Source: Aplysia californica (lineage: Eukaryota). Taken from it: a stretch of DNA of 64,000 nt. The notes below the pieces were generated by a model. It was not told where the DNA came from and did no database searches. It saw only the letters and a list, made by a program, of their open reading frames with translations. A program made the translations under genes and the position numbers. Positions 10,840 through 24,600 of this stretch are shown here, piece after piece. Each line of letters starts with the position of its first letter. The first letter of the stretch is position 1. Location: the NCBI RefSeq assembly GCF_000002075.1, contig NW_004797539.1:83927-147926 (forward strand), in the 5' to 3' direction.

Positions 10840-13800
10840 ACACACACACGCACTCGCGCGCGTGCGCATAGACATAGACAGAGACAGAACTCACTGTTGA
10901 TAAAGGCGCCTGCAGCTTTTGCATACTGTGCGAAGACGTTACATCCGGTCATGACGTAACCCTTAGGACATGTGACCCCGACCTGATCCGATATCTTCTT
11001 GCCGCTCGTCCCGGAGGTCACTGTGCGACACTGAAGGTTGGGACTCTGGCAGCACGCCGCGTAGGAATTCACGCCTGATGGGAAAAGTGGGGGGGGGGGG
11101 GTTAGGGAAGGGCGCATGTATAATTAGAGGACAGAGAAGGCATATGATATGTCCACTTGAAGTATTGTAAGGTATGAATGGTAGTGTATATCATTCACAG
11201 AGTTGTGTGATGCCACGATAATGTATTTGCTGAGAAGATTTGATTGTCAACGTGAAATTAGCTTTACGTACTAACTTCCTTTAGGACATTCAGCTGCTAA
11301 TGGGTACTTTCCTTTTAGCAGAGACGGATTATGAAAAGTGTGTACATAACATGTTGCAATAGGCCTACTGTACGTTTAAGCCTAGAGTATTTGGGGGGTT
11401 GGGGGAGGAGAATACTTGATAACAATAAAACAGCATTTCTATAGCGCAAATTCCCGCTCAACAGCAAGCTCTATGCGTTTTACGAATCTACATTATTACC
11501 CCAGCAACCTGATAGCATTCTGAAACAGTCTCAACTTCTTGGGAAGAGTACAGTGCAAGCTGCAATTTTACAGGCACCAAAGACAAGATTTTTCGCTATC
11601 TATGGTCGGGTACCCATTCGTACTTCGGTGAAGTTCGGAAAATACGTGTAAAATGCTTTACCCAAGGATTTAACGCCAGGTCTGAGTCTCAAAGCCTCAA
11701 ACCTGCAACCTCACGATTTCGATAGCCTAACCACTAGACTACCGACGCCACGCAAAAACAAGTAATAAAAACCAGTTCTACTTTTCTGGCTTATTCCCTG
11801 GTGGCTTTAGGACAGGTGCTTTACAATAAAGTAAAATTTCAACAGCTTACACATAGACAAGCACCTTGCATACAAGCCCTTTCGATGTACGACAAGCCTG
11901 TCAAATGCATACATGTGTTTTGCACCTGTAAAATACCAACAAACATTGTCTGACAAAGGAACGTTTACACGAATGACAGTCACTGTGGATGCTGGTAGAT
12001 CTACCACTTGTTGTTGGAAAAAGAATCAAAGTAGCTGGTAAAATATTAATATAACGGGTTTTCATAAGGAAAAAAAAAAAAACACCCAAATGGTCAACAG
12101 GGTAACTATAATAACATAATATGTAAAGTAATATACTCTTATATGGCATGTCAGACGAATGAATGGATGACTCACCGCTCCTAAGGTTGTCGTTCTGTCC
12201 CATACACGAGGTGTTGGTGAAGATAGTGCCATCAGAGTGTGTGGTGTAGGTGAACGTGGAGCAGCCTGGGGAACACACAGACAAAACACGTGGTCGGTCA
12301 TGCAACCTCAAGGCAAGCACTGCTTTAGAGGACTACGCAAATCTCTCTACAGCAGAGATCTCAAACTCAATTTCCTGATGGCCTCCGTAAATAAATAGGC
12401 TCAGATATTATTCTTGTTCTCAAGTACAGCTGATCTAATCTTCTCTGTCTCAATCAATGGCAGTTCAGAATATGAACAGTTCTCCGGAACATGAGCTTTT
12501 CTTACCCATTCCTAGCTGCCAGAGACCTCGCAGCGCTTCCTCTTACATAGCTCAGCGCCATTCCGAGTGAAATGAAAGAAAAACGTGCGGGCCGCACTAA
12601 TATTAAACTTTGATGTTAGGTGATGGCCATTGATTATCGTCACGAGGGCCTCAACTGGCTCTAAATCACTGTGTCATGTCTGCTCGGCCAGCAGTCTATC
12701 TATCCGTGCCTGTTTGCCAGTTGCCATTATGTTTACTTGCCTGATTCTCAGTCACTCAGCTTCTGTCTCTGTCTGTCTGTNNNNNNNNNNNNNNNNNNNN
12801 NNNNNNNNNNNNNNNNNNNNNNNNNNNNNNNNNNNNNNNNNNNNNNNNNNNNNNNNNNNNNNNNNNNNNNNNNNNNNNNNNNNNNNNNNNNNNNNNNNNN
12901 NNNNNNNNNNNNNNNNNNNNNNNNNNNNNNNNNNNNNNNNNNNNNNNNNNNNNNNNNNNNNNNATCTCTTCTCTGTCTCCCTCCCTCGGACACACCGTTA
13001 GTTCCGTTGGTAGCACACTGGACCACACAGCGAATGGCCCTGGTTCGAATGCCCAATGCGGTGTTTTGAACTTGGGTTGTTTTAGGGAGTTTTTAAGGCT
13101 TTTAGCGCATTTGGCACGGTCGTATCGGAGAATGATGTGAAATCCGAAGGCCCCGCCGTTTAATAGGTCCAAGAGGATGACATGGAAACAGCGAGCGATT
13201 TTACCTTTATTGTTAATCAAAAAATAGATTTTCAGACATGGGAATTGCGAGCAGCTCCTGAATAGAAACATCATGATTATTTTACATTTTAGGGTAATCC
13301 ATACCCCCCGCCCCCGCAGGGATTCTTAGTATTTCTGTAGGAGTAGGAGTGCCAGTGTTTCTTTTGGTCTTTTGGTGGCGTGAATCTGTTCTTGCGATGA
13401 GCCCAGTACCCCAAGTTCCGAAAATAAGAATATGTTACATCTTTGTTCATGAGTTGATCGTACTTTATAACTTCAGAGCAAACAAGTTTAAATCCAACTG
13501 CATGGCATCTTTAAAGTATTATTTTGATAAGAGTCTTTGTCTCTTTGGAATCGATAGCAGTCAACTAGAACATCAATCTTGCCTTTCCTTCCAGACCCTT
13601 ATTTTGTCACGTCTTGATGACAAAAACAGAACAAGGGACATCTTTAACGTCACAACAGTCACATGCTAACGATAATTTTACGGAGTTCGAGACATGCAAA
13701 ACGGAAATTCGATTCTTCGATGAAAATGTTCGTCGATACTAAGCGAGTATTCAAATACTTTTACCAGTAATATAGAAAGATAGGGGGGGGGGGGAAAGAC

Positions 13801-15533
13801 TGGCTTTTCCAATGCCAGAGATGCTAGCAATTCGAATATTGAGTATTACGCAAGCTCATTATTCTATTGTGCAGCTGGTTCAGATTACAAAACAAAAAGA
13901 AAGACAAAGGAAGAAGGAAAGAAAGGAAGAAAGAAAGAAAGAAAAAAAAACGAAAGAGAGAGGGGGAGGCGGGAGAGAGGAATGGACATAGGACATTACA
14001 TAAGTTTAACGTACCTTTTTCACACTGTTTCAGTGCTCAGTAAAACAAGTCCACTCTTTCGTCTCCTTAGCTCCGTTATTTCTTTTAATTCCCTGACATG
14101 TTGGTACACCAGACTGATGGATGCCCCCACTGGAGTATGTAGTATAAAGATAAAGAGCTCTGGTGCAGGTAAAATGACTCATAGTATATAATAGTATCGG
14201 CAGTAAGAGATAGCTAAAGACTCTGACACACGATCAGACAGACAGGCAGACAGGCAGGCAGATAGATAGATCTATAGGTAGATAGACTTACCTATGGCAT
14301 ATCAGGTAGACTCACCTAAGGCATATGCCTGCCCCTGACAAGGCACCTCCACCTTGTCGTCCATCCCAGTACCAGAGGGTCCTGCCGTGCGGTACTCACA
14401 TCTCAGACCCTGCGCACTGCAGCACCGAGCCACGGCCTCAACCCCTAGGGGGAAAACACCACATGGGTATGTTAGTGAGACGTGTGGATAAACGTCCTGT
14501 ACTTCAAGAGACAGCATAACAGATGTATTATGGCAGAGAGATGAGAAATAATTCTGGACGTGTGGGTGAAATACTCTGTACTTCTAGAGACAACATAGCT
14601 CAGGTACAACAGTGAGACGTGCGGATAAACATCTTGTATTTCTAGAGAAAGCGCAACACACACACACATGTTATTGAGTCGGAAAACAATGACTCTAGAT
14701 GAATAAATAAATATCTTGATACGTACTGATACTGAAAAACATCTTGCATTTTCAGAGAAAACCCAACGCGGAATGATTAAGATAATATGGTGTAGAGATG
14801 TGGAAACCTTTATATGTGTGTGTGGATTGGGGGGGGGGGGGCATCATGTACAGTGGGCACAACACAACAGAGACTATGGATTTGAGGTGAAGAATGTATT
14901 TCCACGGGTGGGCAAACATTTTGTACTTATACTGTTCTCCTAAGGACAGCAGAATTTAGCGCGGAGAAAAATACTAACTTTAGTCTCGAAAGGACAAGGC
15001 CCTGATCCTGTAAGAGTAAAAGCAACGTTTCTCTCCAGGATAAATTTATTATTCAGAATGAGACAAGGCAGAAGATAATTGCAAATTTTTACTCTCCTGT
15101 AACACCTCTAATCTTCTGGCACTCATATGACCTTATGCAGTTGCAAGCGCCGTCAAACCTCAAAACAAAAAAAACTCTTCCTGTCAGGGCGTACTCGGCT
15201 GAGACTGAGAGAGATAAAACGTCCCAGCAGAAAGCTCATGACCCTCGAACAAAATTCTCCACACATGGCATTCAAACTAGGGTCTTCCACGTGCAACGGT
15301 GAGGCGCATAACCGCTACAGCGCAGACGCCGGTATACTGAACGACTAACCTGCAGCAGATCCGTATCCGTTCATTGCTCGACACGCCTGCTTTCCACCGG
15401 ACATAAGGATTTCTTCCCCATCACGGTGCCAGTCGCTGTCCTAGAGACAGAGGTGGGGGGGGGGGAGGATTCAAAGCAGTTGTGTGAAAAGTGTCGAAGA
15501 ATAATACTAGATAATAAACATGTGCTGTTGCGC

Positions 15534-15617
<84 letters not shown>

Positions 15618-18600
15618 TCTTTATCGAAAACTGGACAAATAAGGGGAGGGCCCATGGAGAGTTGGGGGGGGGGATATGGGGGAAATCGTTTCTGAGGCCC
15701 CATAAGTAATATCCAGTCAACGCCGCTGCTTGGAGGTACCAATCGATGATGTAATACAGAGGAAGGCATCTGAGATAGGAGCAGGTCAATTTTTGGGATC
15801 AACAAAAATAAAAAAGACGCGTGACGGTGAAGGCGTGCCGTTTTTATTTTATTGGACTAAGTATGGATAAAAATCTTTAGCCAAAGATCTTGACATAATC
15901 GCTTTCTTAATAAATCTTTCGATGTCGTAGATTCAGCATAAGCTTGTGTAAAAATCAGCAATTTGTAATATTTCAAGGTTGATTCGTTTGAGAATCTGTA
16001 AGTTATGTTCAGTTTGTACCCCCCCCCTAGGTAGGGGTGATCTAGAATAATAGATTCACCAAAAGGCGCTCCTAACCAGCAGAATGAACTGGCTGGCCAT
16101 AAAGTGTAAGGCCCCAAATTGTATCTAAAATGTCATCGGGCTTCGCAAAGATCATAAAACGAAATTACTTCCATGATCCCTAGAGTGGCCGGGTAAAGAC
16201 TGTGACTGCATATTGCATAGTCAAAATTATAGACGTTTGAAACGTGAGCAAAGTAACTCACAGGTATACTGCCGCATTTAATTTTCCTTTACGTGTTCTA
16301 ACCTTGAGCCAACTGGAACAGCCGGTGAGGACCTCATCTCCTTGACACGTGACTTGAGTAGTTTTACCGACGCCGACACCAGAGGCTGGTGACCTGCGCG
16401 TGGTGCACGTGAGTTGTGAGTTCTGTGACGTGGAGCTGGCCTGACCCAGGGTACGCAGGTTAGCCCGCGTGGTCTGTGGGTTGATCTGGACGTTCATGGT
16501 GAACGGGTCTATCTTCTTGGGTAACTGGATCGCATCTAAGATGAAAGTGTTTATTAAAAGCGTGATGTAAAATTTTGTTTCTTTTCTTACGATTAGAAAG
16601 CCAGTGGATAGCTCAACACCATGACACATGCAAATCCTGAAGAGAAAAGATGGCGAAACAAAGTACAAAATATCTGTTATTTCATAGTATTTACCACAGC
16701 NNNNNNNNNNNNNNNNNNNNNNNNNNNNNNNNNNNNNNNNNNNNNNNNNNNNNNNNNNNNNNNNNNNNNNNNNNNNNNNNNNNNNNNNNNNNNNNNNNNN
16801 NNNNNNNNNNNNNNNNNNNNNNNNNNNNNNNNNNNNNNNNNNNNNNNNNNNNNNNNNGTCGGAGTATAGGCCACAACATCAGCCTCCCCCCACTCCCACC
16901 CTCTGTACAGACACTTCTGTTTGTGGGCTATTGTATTCACTTCTGATAAGCTGTACGCCATCTCCTTTGGGTAGAAATCTAAGTATCTCCTCTAAGCACT
17001 TTTAAGGCCTTTCTTTCTTTCTTTCTCTTCGCTTGTTGATTCAATTTTAAGACTCGGTGGGTAATGTTTGTTTTCGCTTTTCTTACTTACTTACTCACTG
17101 CCCGTTACGCCATCTGGCGTTTAGGGCAGCAACAAAGGATCTCCAGCTCTGTCTGTTTTGGGCCATCCTGATCAACGTCCCCCACGAATGGTTCCAGGAC
17201 TTCATTTTAGACTCTACTGTGCGTCTCCAGGTTACTTTGGTTTTCTTAAGATGTGTCCAATCCACTTCCATTTTCTTTTTTGACTTCAACATTTATTTTC
17301 TGTTGATTTGTTTGCTCCTATAATTGTTCATTTTTACGCTGTCGGTGTCAGACCAATGAATTTTAAAGCATCTCACAATATGCCCCTCTCTTTCGTTTCC
17401 CACAGGCACAGTTTATAAACAGATTTACACGATTGCATAACCTTGAAAAATCAAGTGTAAAGAGTAAGATATTGTGTAGTATAATTATTGACAATGAAGT
17501 ATCAATAATATGAATTATCTTCAGAAACCTTAAATGAAACATTTCTCAGGAAAACAGTTAAAAGCTTCTATTTTCAATACATTACTATTGGACTTTGGGC
17601 GGGGGAGGGGGTATCTTCAGTTTGAGACATATGGTTGGTTAACAGGTACAAGAAAAAAAGACTACATTACATAACTCCAAGCAGATCATGGCACTGAATT
17701 GTGCAAATGTGTATTTTAGATTTAGATTTAATTAATCTCGCTTCTTATTTGACAAAAACAGTCTAGGAGTCTATAACCATGTTGTTGGAATGGGATTGAA
17801 AGTAAAGTATGTACATGTCCCCTTCGTAATGCCCTTCTATTTCGAAAATTAGAGAAGGAAGGAGAAATATGTAGGCCTAACTCTTCTTAAAAAAAACAAC
17901 CCACCCCAACTCATCTTCTGTCATTGATGGCCAGAGACCAAATGTTTAGTATGCAGAAATATACAAAAGACAGTGTAAAGAGCTTACCGCCGTTGCCAGA
18001 AACAGAAATAGAAACTGTTTTGTCCTGTGTGCCCAAACTGAAGGTGGTCCTCTTTATCGGCTTGCCCTTGTACCAGACCACAGCCTCGTAGTCTCCTTGG
18101 AAAGCGCGCAGGTTAAAGGAAGTTCCAGAGGCCAGGGACCGATTCACGTGGGTGCTCCATGTCTCCTTGGTCAGCTTCAGGAACCGTTTGCCGGACTCGT
18201 TGAGCTGTTGACAAAGACGGCCGGGGCTTCAGGGCTCATTTGTGAGACAGATACGCTGAGGCAAATACTCACACTAATGTTTATCACTATCATTTTAAGG
18301 ATGAAGATACTAATAACACACAGAAGGAAAAGAAACAAGATTAATGAATTGCCAGAAATGTTCTATATGTTCAAACTTTTTTAAAAAATGTGGTTAGTGT
18401 TTTACGGCGCTCACAGCTGCATAAGGTAACACACGGAACACACCAAACATTTTCAGTTTTTAAGAAATTTTTAATTTGCCAAAGGCTACTCTTATCGATT
18501 TTGGACCACCAAGGGATCTTTAACGTGTGCAACTTTCATACGGGACCTCCGAGAATTTCGCCTTTGTCCGAGAAGGCTAGGTGTAGATCTTACCTACCAT

Positions 18601-21600
18601 ACGATCAGGGGTGTGGCCGAAAAACAGCAGTAAGAAAGAGCCAAGGAGAAGCAGTAGAAAGGCTGCAAAAAGAGACAGGAGCCCAGAGGAGGGAGGCTAA
18701 GGAGGTGAGGAGGTGGGGGCAGAAAGTGGAGATGAAAGCAGACGACAGAACATTGTTAGAGAGCAGGAAAGGGTGTGAAAGGAGAAAGTTTGAGAGAAGA
18801 AATTTTTCCATCGCTACCCGGATACGAACCCTGGACCTTTTGAATTTGAGGCAAACACCTTAACCTCTAGGCCACGAGGGCCCCCTTTGTTCAAACTGGT
18901 AGAAAATATAAGTATGGAGATGGTTGCGTATATACGAAATACGAATTGAGTGTGTGACTATGAAATAATCAATGTAAGTATNNNNNNNNNNNNNNNNNNN
19001 NNNNNNNNNNNNNNNNNNNNNNNNNNNNNNNNNNNNNNNNNNNNNNNNNNNNNNNNNNNNNNNNNNNNNNNNNNNNNNNNNNNNNNNNNNNNNNNNNNNN
19101 NNNNNNNNNNNNNNNNNNNNNNNNNNNNNNNNNNNNNNNNNNNNNNNNNNNNNTTGAAAAGACAGTCAGACAGAAGGCTCACTGAGAAAAGCAGGCACCA
19201 TACTACAGAGAGAAATAACAACGCAATAGATATTAATCCCTTTTCCAAGGCTACGTACCAGTCTGCTTTGTCGTTCGGATCGTGAGCACCAAGAGTTAAT
19301 TCGGTTACAAAAATAGGCAGACCTCCTTTAGCCACTACATCAAGCCGGTACTGAGGAGAGGAAAGTAATAAGATAAGATAAGATAAGATAGGATAAGATA
19401 AGATAAGATAAGATAGGATAAAATAAGAAAACACTGTATTACCCCAAAGGGAAATTTTTCTGCTGTACAGGACCGTAAAAACGCATGCAGGTATACATAA
19501 AAATTTAAGTTGTATATTACTCTCATTATTATTCAATATGGAAAAAAAGTAAAGCTGACAAAATGTACATATCACATCAGATACATCATTCAACCGCACG
19601 CAGGAATGTCATTACAAGACCTTTAGAGTTACATGTGTATAAAGATACAAGCTCGAAAGAGCAATACACATTGATGTTTATTCTGACAATAGACTTATGC
19701 AAGATGGTACAAAATAACTTCTTGTATTTATATTTCTTTCTTTGCATTTAGAAGTACATATCTGCCGGTGCGTGATCTTACAATTTGCATGATGGTGTGA
19801 TGGGTCGTTTATAGTGCTTTTTATCTTTTTTATATGTTAGGCGCTGTACATTTCATCAATTCTGCAGTGGCGAAGCGTCTATATAATCAAATAATCACGG
19901 GTTCCCTTCCTAATTTTGAAACATTGTCGCTGTCAAATTCACTCATAAATTAAATGTAAAAAGACGTTCATAATCAATAATGAACAGTATGCCTAACATT
20001 AAAAACGGTTTCACGGCCACAGAAATACCCTGCTCACCCCTCTCGGCCCACTCCATAAGCAGTCGCAAGCTTTAATTAAGTAAGCTTAAAGTGAGGCTGG
20101 AAGAGTCTACAAATAGAGTTGAAGGGAACATGTGCATAGCAGTCAAAACTGTTTCATTGCCACATATACCCTGTTCACCCCTTTGGGGCCACAGTTATAA
20201 GCAATCAGAAGCCCTGATTATGTAAGCTAACTAACACTGGTCGAGTCTACCTCACAAATGTGAGGGGAACTAACTCCTAATAATCTCTTGACTGCTGCAT
20301 GTGCTTGTTTTTTTTCTCTCGACTTTTTACTGTCCTATAATCAGATCGTGACCTCGTTTATGACGCCAGCTACTGGCCGCAAAAGGCTAGACAAAAACAG
20401 CCAAATGTGAAATTTACAAAAATGATAATTGTCATGTTCTACCAAAGAGTTAGACTCACTGGTAGATCTATAACATATATCTCTGCTTCTTTGCTTTGTG
20501 TTTGTGTATTCACATCTAAAGCTAAATTTAGTTTTAGTTGGAATTGATATTTAATAAGATACTTTCCCGATTATTTTGGCGGTTGAACATACAATATGAA
20601 TTCCGGATTTGTTTTCATTCACAACTCGTCGCCGCCTCGAGTAAGATCTTTGTGTGACATCTACAGGCCATATCTGGTCCCGTTTCACTTTGATTACCCT
20701 GTCAAACAAGTCAGCGTTCGCCCCTGAATTGTAGTAAAGTCATATCCAGAGATCCTGCTGGCTTTCTTAATGGTTCTGTAAAATTGTTCTTTAACTTTTA
20801 CCCTAATGTAGAGCAATAAGGACGGGAGGTCCAGTTTTGTCTTTCTGTCTGAGCATGCAGACGTCAATTAAGGTAAAATCCTGCTGGAGACACACCAATA
20901 AACAACAAAGGACATACCGGGACAAAATTAAAATTCTGTAGAATAGAACATGCTAATTGCTACAGAACAGACGAGAGAAGACAACAAAAGGTAAGAAACA
21001 AGAATACCGCTTTATGGTGAGGCTTTATAGTATTTTTGGTATTTTGGGCTTTTGCGTCTTGCATGGACGCACCCGAAAAGGTCTGTCTGCATGCCACTTA
21101 TAACTTTAATAAGGGGATTTATTGGAACATTATTATTGTTCTAAAAGTGTGTTTGCTTGTGTGCCAGTGTGTAAGGGTGTGTTCAAATGTTTATTTGCGT
21201 GCGTACTCGTATGNNNNNNNNNNNNNNNNNNNNNNNNNNNNNNNNNNNNNNNNNNNNNNNNNNNNNNNNNNNNNNNNNNNNNNNNNNNNNNNNNNNNNNN
21301 NNNNNNNNNNNNNNNNNNNNNNNNNNNNNNNNNNNNNNNNNNNNNNNNNNNNNNNNNNNNNNNNNNNNNNNNNNNNNNNNNNNNNNNNNNNNNNNNNNNN
21401 NNNNNNNNNNNNNNNNNNNNNNNNNNNNNNNNNNNNNNNNNNNNNNNNNNNNNNNNNNNNNNNNNNNNNNNNNNNNNNNNNNNAATTAATGTGAAAGTAT
21501 AAATTGAGTAAATATATATTAGGAGCTCCCTCTTCTCTGCGTAAATATGTGTCTCGGTACTGTATTTCTACTGGCGACGATGATAAGGTTGATTGCTGGG

Positions 21601-24600
21601 CCTCAGGGATGAAAACCCCGATTGAAATTTCAATGGGGATCTCAGTCGTGGGGAAGATATCGTGGGTGACTACCACCTTGACATTACATTTATGATATGT
21701 CAAGTTGTTTTGAAAACATGCCAGAAGATTAGCAGATGGATGACTATGTACTAGTTGCCTTACTTACATTGATGCTGTCAGGGTTGGGCTCCTCGTAATC
21801 ATTGAGATGACTTTGTACTCCGACCCCGCCAAGGCCGACATTGGCCGCTTTGAATTTCTGGATCTGGGACAAATAGCTCTGAGGACGGATCGAAATCAAA
21901 TCATCTAACTGTGTAACTGCTAAATTGGGAGAAACACATTTTTGTCTCAAATTATGTGATTCATAACAGTAATTATAAATGAAGACACTATTAAACATTT
22001 CAAGAATAATGCTTTACACAATTGAGCAATTGTTGTAGATAATAAGAACGAAACTATTTTTGTTTTTTGGGGGTTTTTTTCATTTTTCTTCTGAAAATCA
22101 GTGTTCACGCCTACATGGATAAAAATGGACAGCGATGAAATGAAAGTACATGTAATAAGGGCGAAAAAAACAAACATTTACAGTTATCTCCGTAAAGGAA
22201 GGTGAGTTACAACATGTCGAAATAAAACATGCATACAATAACTGAGCCGCACATAAATGCATTCATTATGGTGTGTTCACTTTGACTCAAAGTTTGAGTG
22301 AAATAAAATATCAAGGGTTCACAGAAGCCAATCGGGTAAGCTGCTGAAAGAAACATAGCATAGTACTGCTGGGTTCTTTGGTTCCCTGAGTTTCCATAGG
22401 TTTCATGGTAGGCATTTACAGTTCGGCCGTTGAAACAATTCTTTTACGCAGGGAAACAAACAGAAACTGAAAGTGGAAACGAGACTTCAATAGCATAGAT
22501 TTCCTTCGTTGAATTTCTATATGAAAGCAAATAAAGCTGCTCTTAAGGGGGAAGGGTGGAAGGGGGGAAGGGGGAGAGGGAAAGGGACATGAACAGAGGC
22601 AATATGCTCCCATGGTTGTTTTAGTTTCAGTTTTGTAACTTCTCTTAGACATCGTAGAAACTAGTGATTTCCGGTTCTATGAGGCTTTCAGTTTGTCAAA
22701 GCCCGGGGTCCCTACTTCACCGCGTCACCTCTCGTTATAAGCGGCATTTAAGGTAAAGTAAATTTCTCTTAGATACAATTGGTCATTTAAAAGTGGGATA
22801 TAATGATGTACCTGTGTCATTTCACCGCTCTTCACCACATTGTACTCATTGAGGAAGAGTGTGGGGTTTGGGTCAGCTGCGTGAATCTCTCGGAACATGT
22901 GCTCTGAATAGAGAGGGTTTCCTGAGTGCTCCTCGTAAAAATAGCCATGCAGTAGCTCGTTGTTCACGTCCCAGTGAGCCAATCTGTGGATGTGATTGTT
23001 ATGGCAAGTGAGAAATACTAGCAGAACAAGATAACATTGATTCAAATCTTATAATAAAGACAGAATAAATAATACCTTTCTTTTCTGCTACACTGTTGTA
23101 ATTCGGTTTTCAAACTCATGTCATGTTGAAATAATAAAAGGTTTTGACTTTTTCATCTTTGACAAAAGTGTCTCTAACCTACTTTCCCTCACTAGCGAGC
23201 TAGGGGAAGGTTTCAACCCAAGAAAATCCTCACTTGTTCTTTGTCTGTGCCGTCATGTAAGCAATACGATCATCCACGGTTGTCTTGAATTCTGGAGCGG
23301 CCAATCCCTTGACCCACTCAGGATTGTTAAATGGGACAGCCCAGAACATGCAGTGACCTCGCACTTTGATTCTGGTGAAGGAACATATAACAGTAATGAT
23401 TAGGACAAAATTCATAACATTAAGGCACGGTAAATTAGAACTCTGCAGAGTAAAAGAGCATAAGTAGGATGAACTTTATCGTTGCCTGAAGAGTTTCACT
23501 CAGTCCGCGTGTAAACAAATTCAAAAAAGAATACCTAGGTATACGTAATTGAAATTATGATGTTTAAAAGAATAACTTAAAGATCGATCCTTTTCTTTTC
23601 GGTTCAATCTAGAGATTAAAGTAATTATTAAAACTTTATCATCACCTTCCCCATCTCCAACTCCCACCCACGCATCCCTTTTCGTAAGTTCCTTTTTCTT
23701 AGATTTTTGTTCTGGTCACTGGGCCCAGACTTCTATCTTCGAAAATACCAAATACCAAAGACAACGCTTTGAATTGTTATGAAACCTAATATGTTGCACT
23801 GGAAAACTTAATTCCATCTTTTTGGACAATAAACATCCCTTGTTCCCTCCAAATAAAAATATCGGTCAGAAGTAAAAGACCGAGGCCTCTGATCTGTAAC
23901 AAAGAAAAGATATTAAAGAACATCATTCTTACCATCATCCATTAAACTTCTATGGTCTTAATCACCCGCGCAAACTTGAAAATTAATTCCTATCAAACTG
24001 AAAATGTTTAATGAGTCCTGCACTCTCATATGACTTTATGCAGCCTCGAGTGCCGCAAGCACCAAAACAGAGCAAAGGCTGAGAAAGACCACCGAACAAT
24101 TAAGTAAGTGTTTGCGTTAGGGAAGGGGGGGGGGGCATGCATATTCTGTAAAATTTGTTGTTTTTAAGCCTGTACAATAAGTAATTTACCCGTTACGATT
24201 GAGGACATCGGTGGCTGCTACAGCTACCCTGTAGTCTGGGTTAGTCTGAAATATAAGAAAATAATACCATGGAAATAAGAGGCTATTATCAAGAAAAAAA
24301 TAATTTAAAAAATAAAATTGTTAGTTCAAACAATGCATATAAATCAGACATTTCTATTTACATGTAATATTACAACAACAAAACACTGTGTTCTTTATTT
24401 CAAACGTATGAGTAGGAGCATATCTGCCTGCATCTGTTACCATTATAGTCTCCCAATATTCACTACTGGATAGCAAATACCATTTGCTATAACTAAAAGT
24501 ACTGGAAATAGCAAGATGGTAACGATAACAGACCTAATTATACCATCGTGGTGATGGCATTATTTGAAAGCAGCACCAATGAAGCAAGCAGGTGAATGAC

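Larger units (their letters stand above)
9791..16420 (-). other. Three 6-Cys PCSK9-CHRD/resistin-like modules, copy A (exons 14-19)
   Basis: M1 LTCTTRRS..TCQGDEVLTGCSSW..RDGE..GGKQACRAMNGYGSAAGVEAVARCC; M2 GLRCEYRT..PCQGQAYALGCSTF..SCMGQN..NSYAACC; M3 NLQCRTVTS..TCPKGYVMTGCNVF..GAF..DTCVAVN..GVQAQATCCRT. Confidence 0.85.

Noticed and set aside
9791-16535. A separate PCSK9 gene
   Set aside because: No subtilisin catalytic or inhibitor-I9 prodomain exons are present; the Cys-rich exons splice in phase onto the GH10 exons in both copies.
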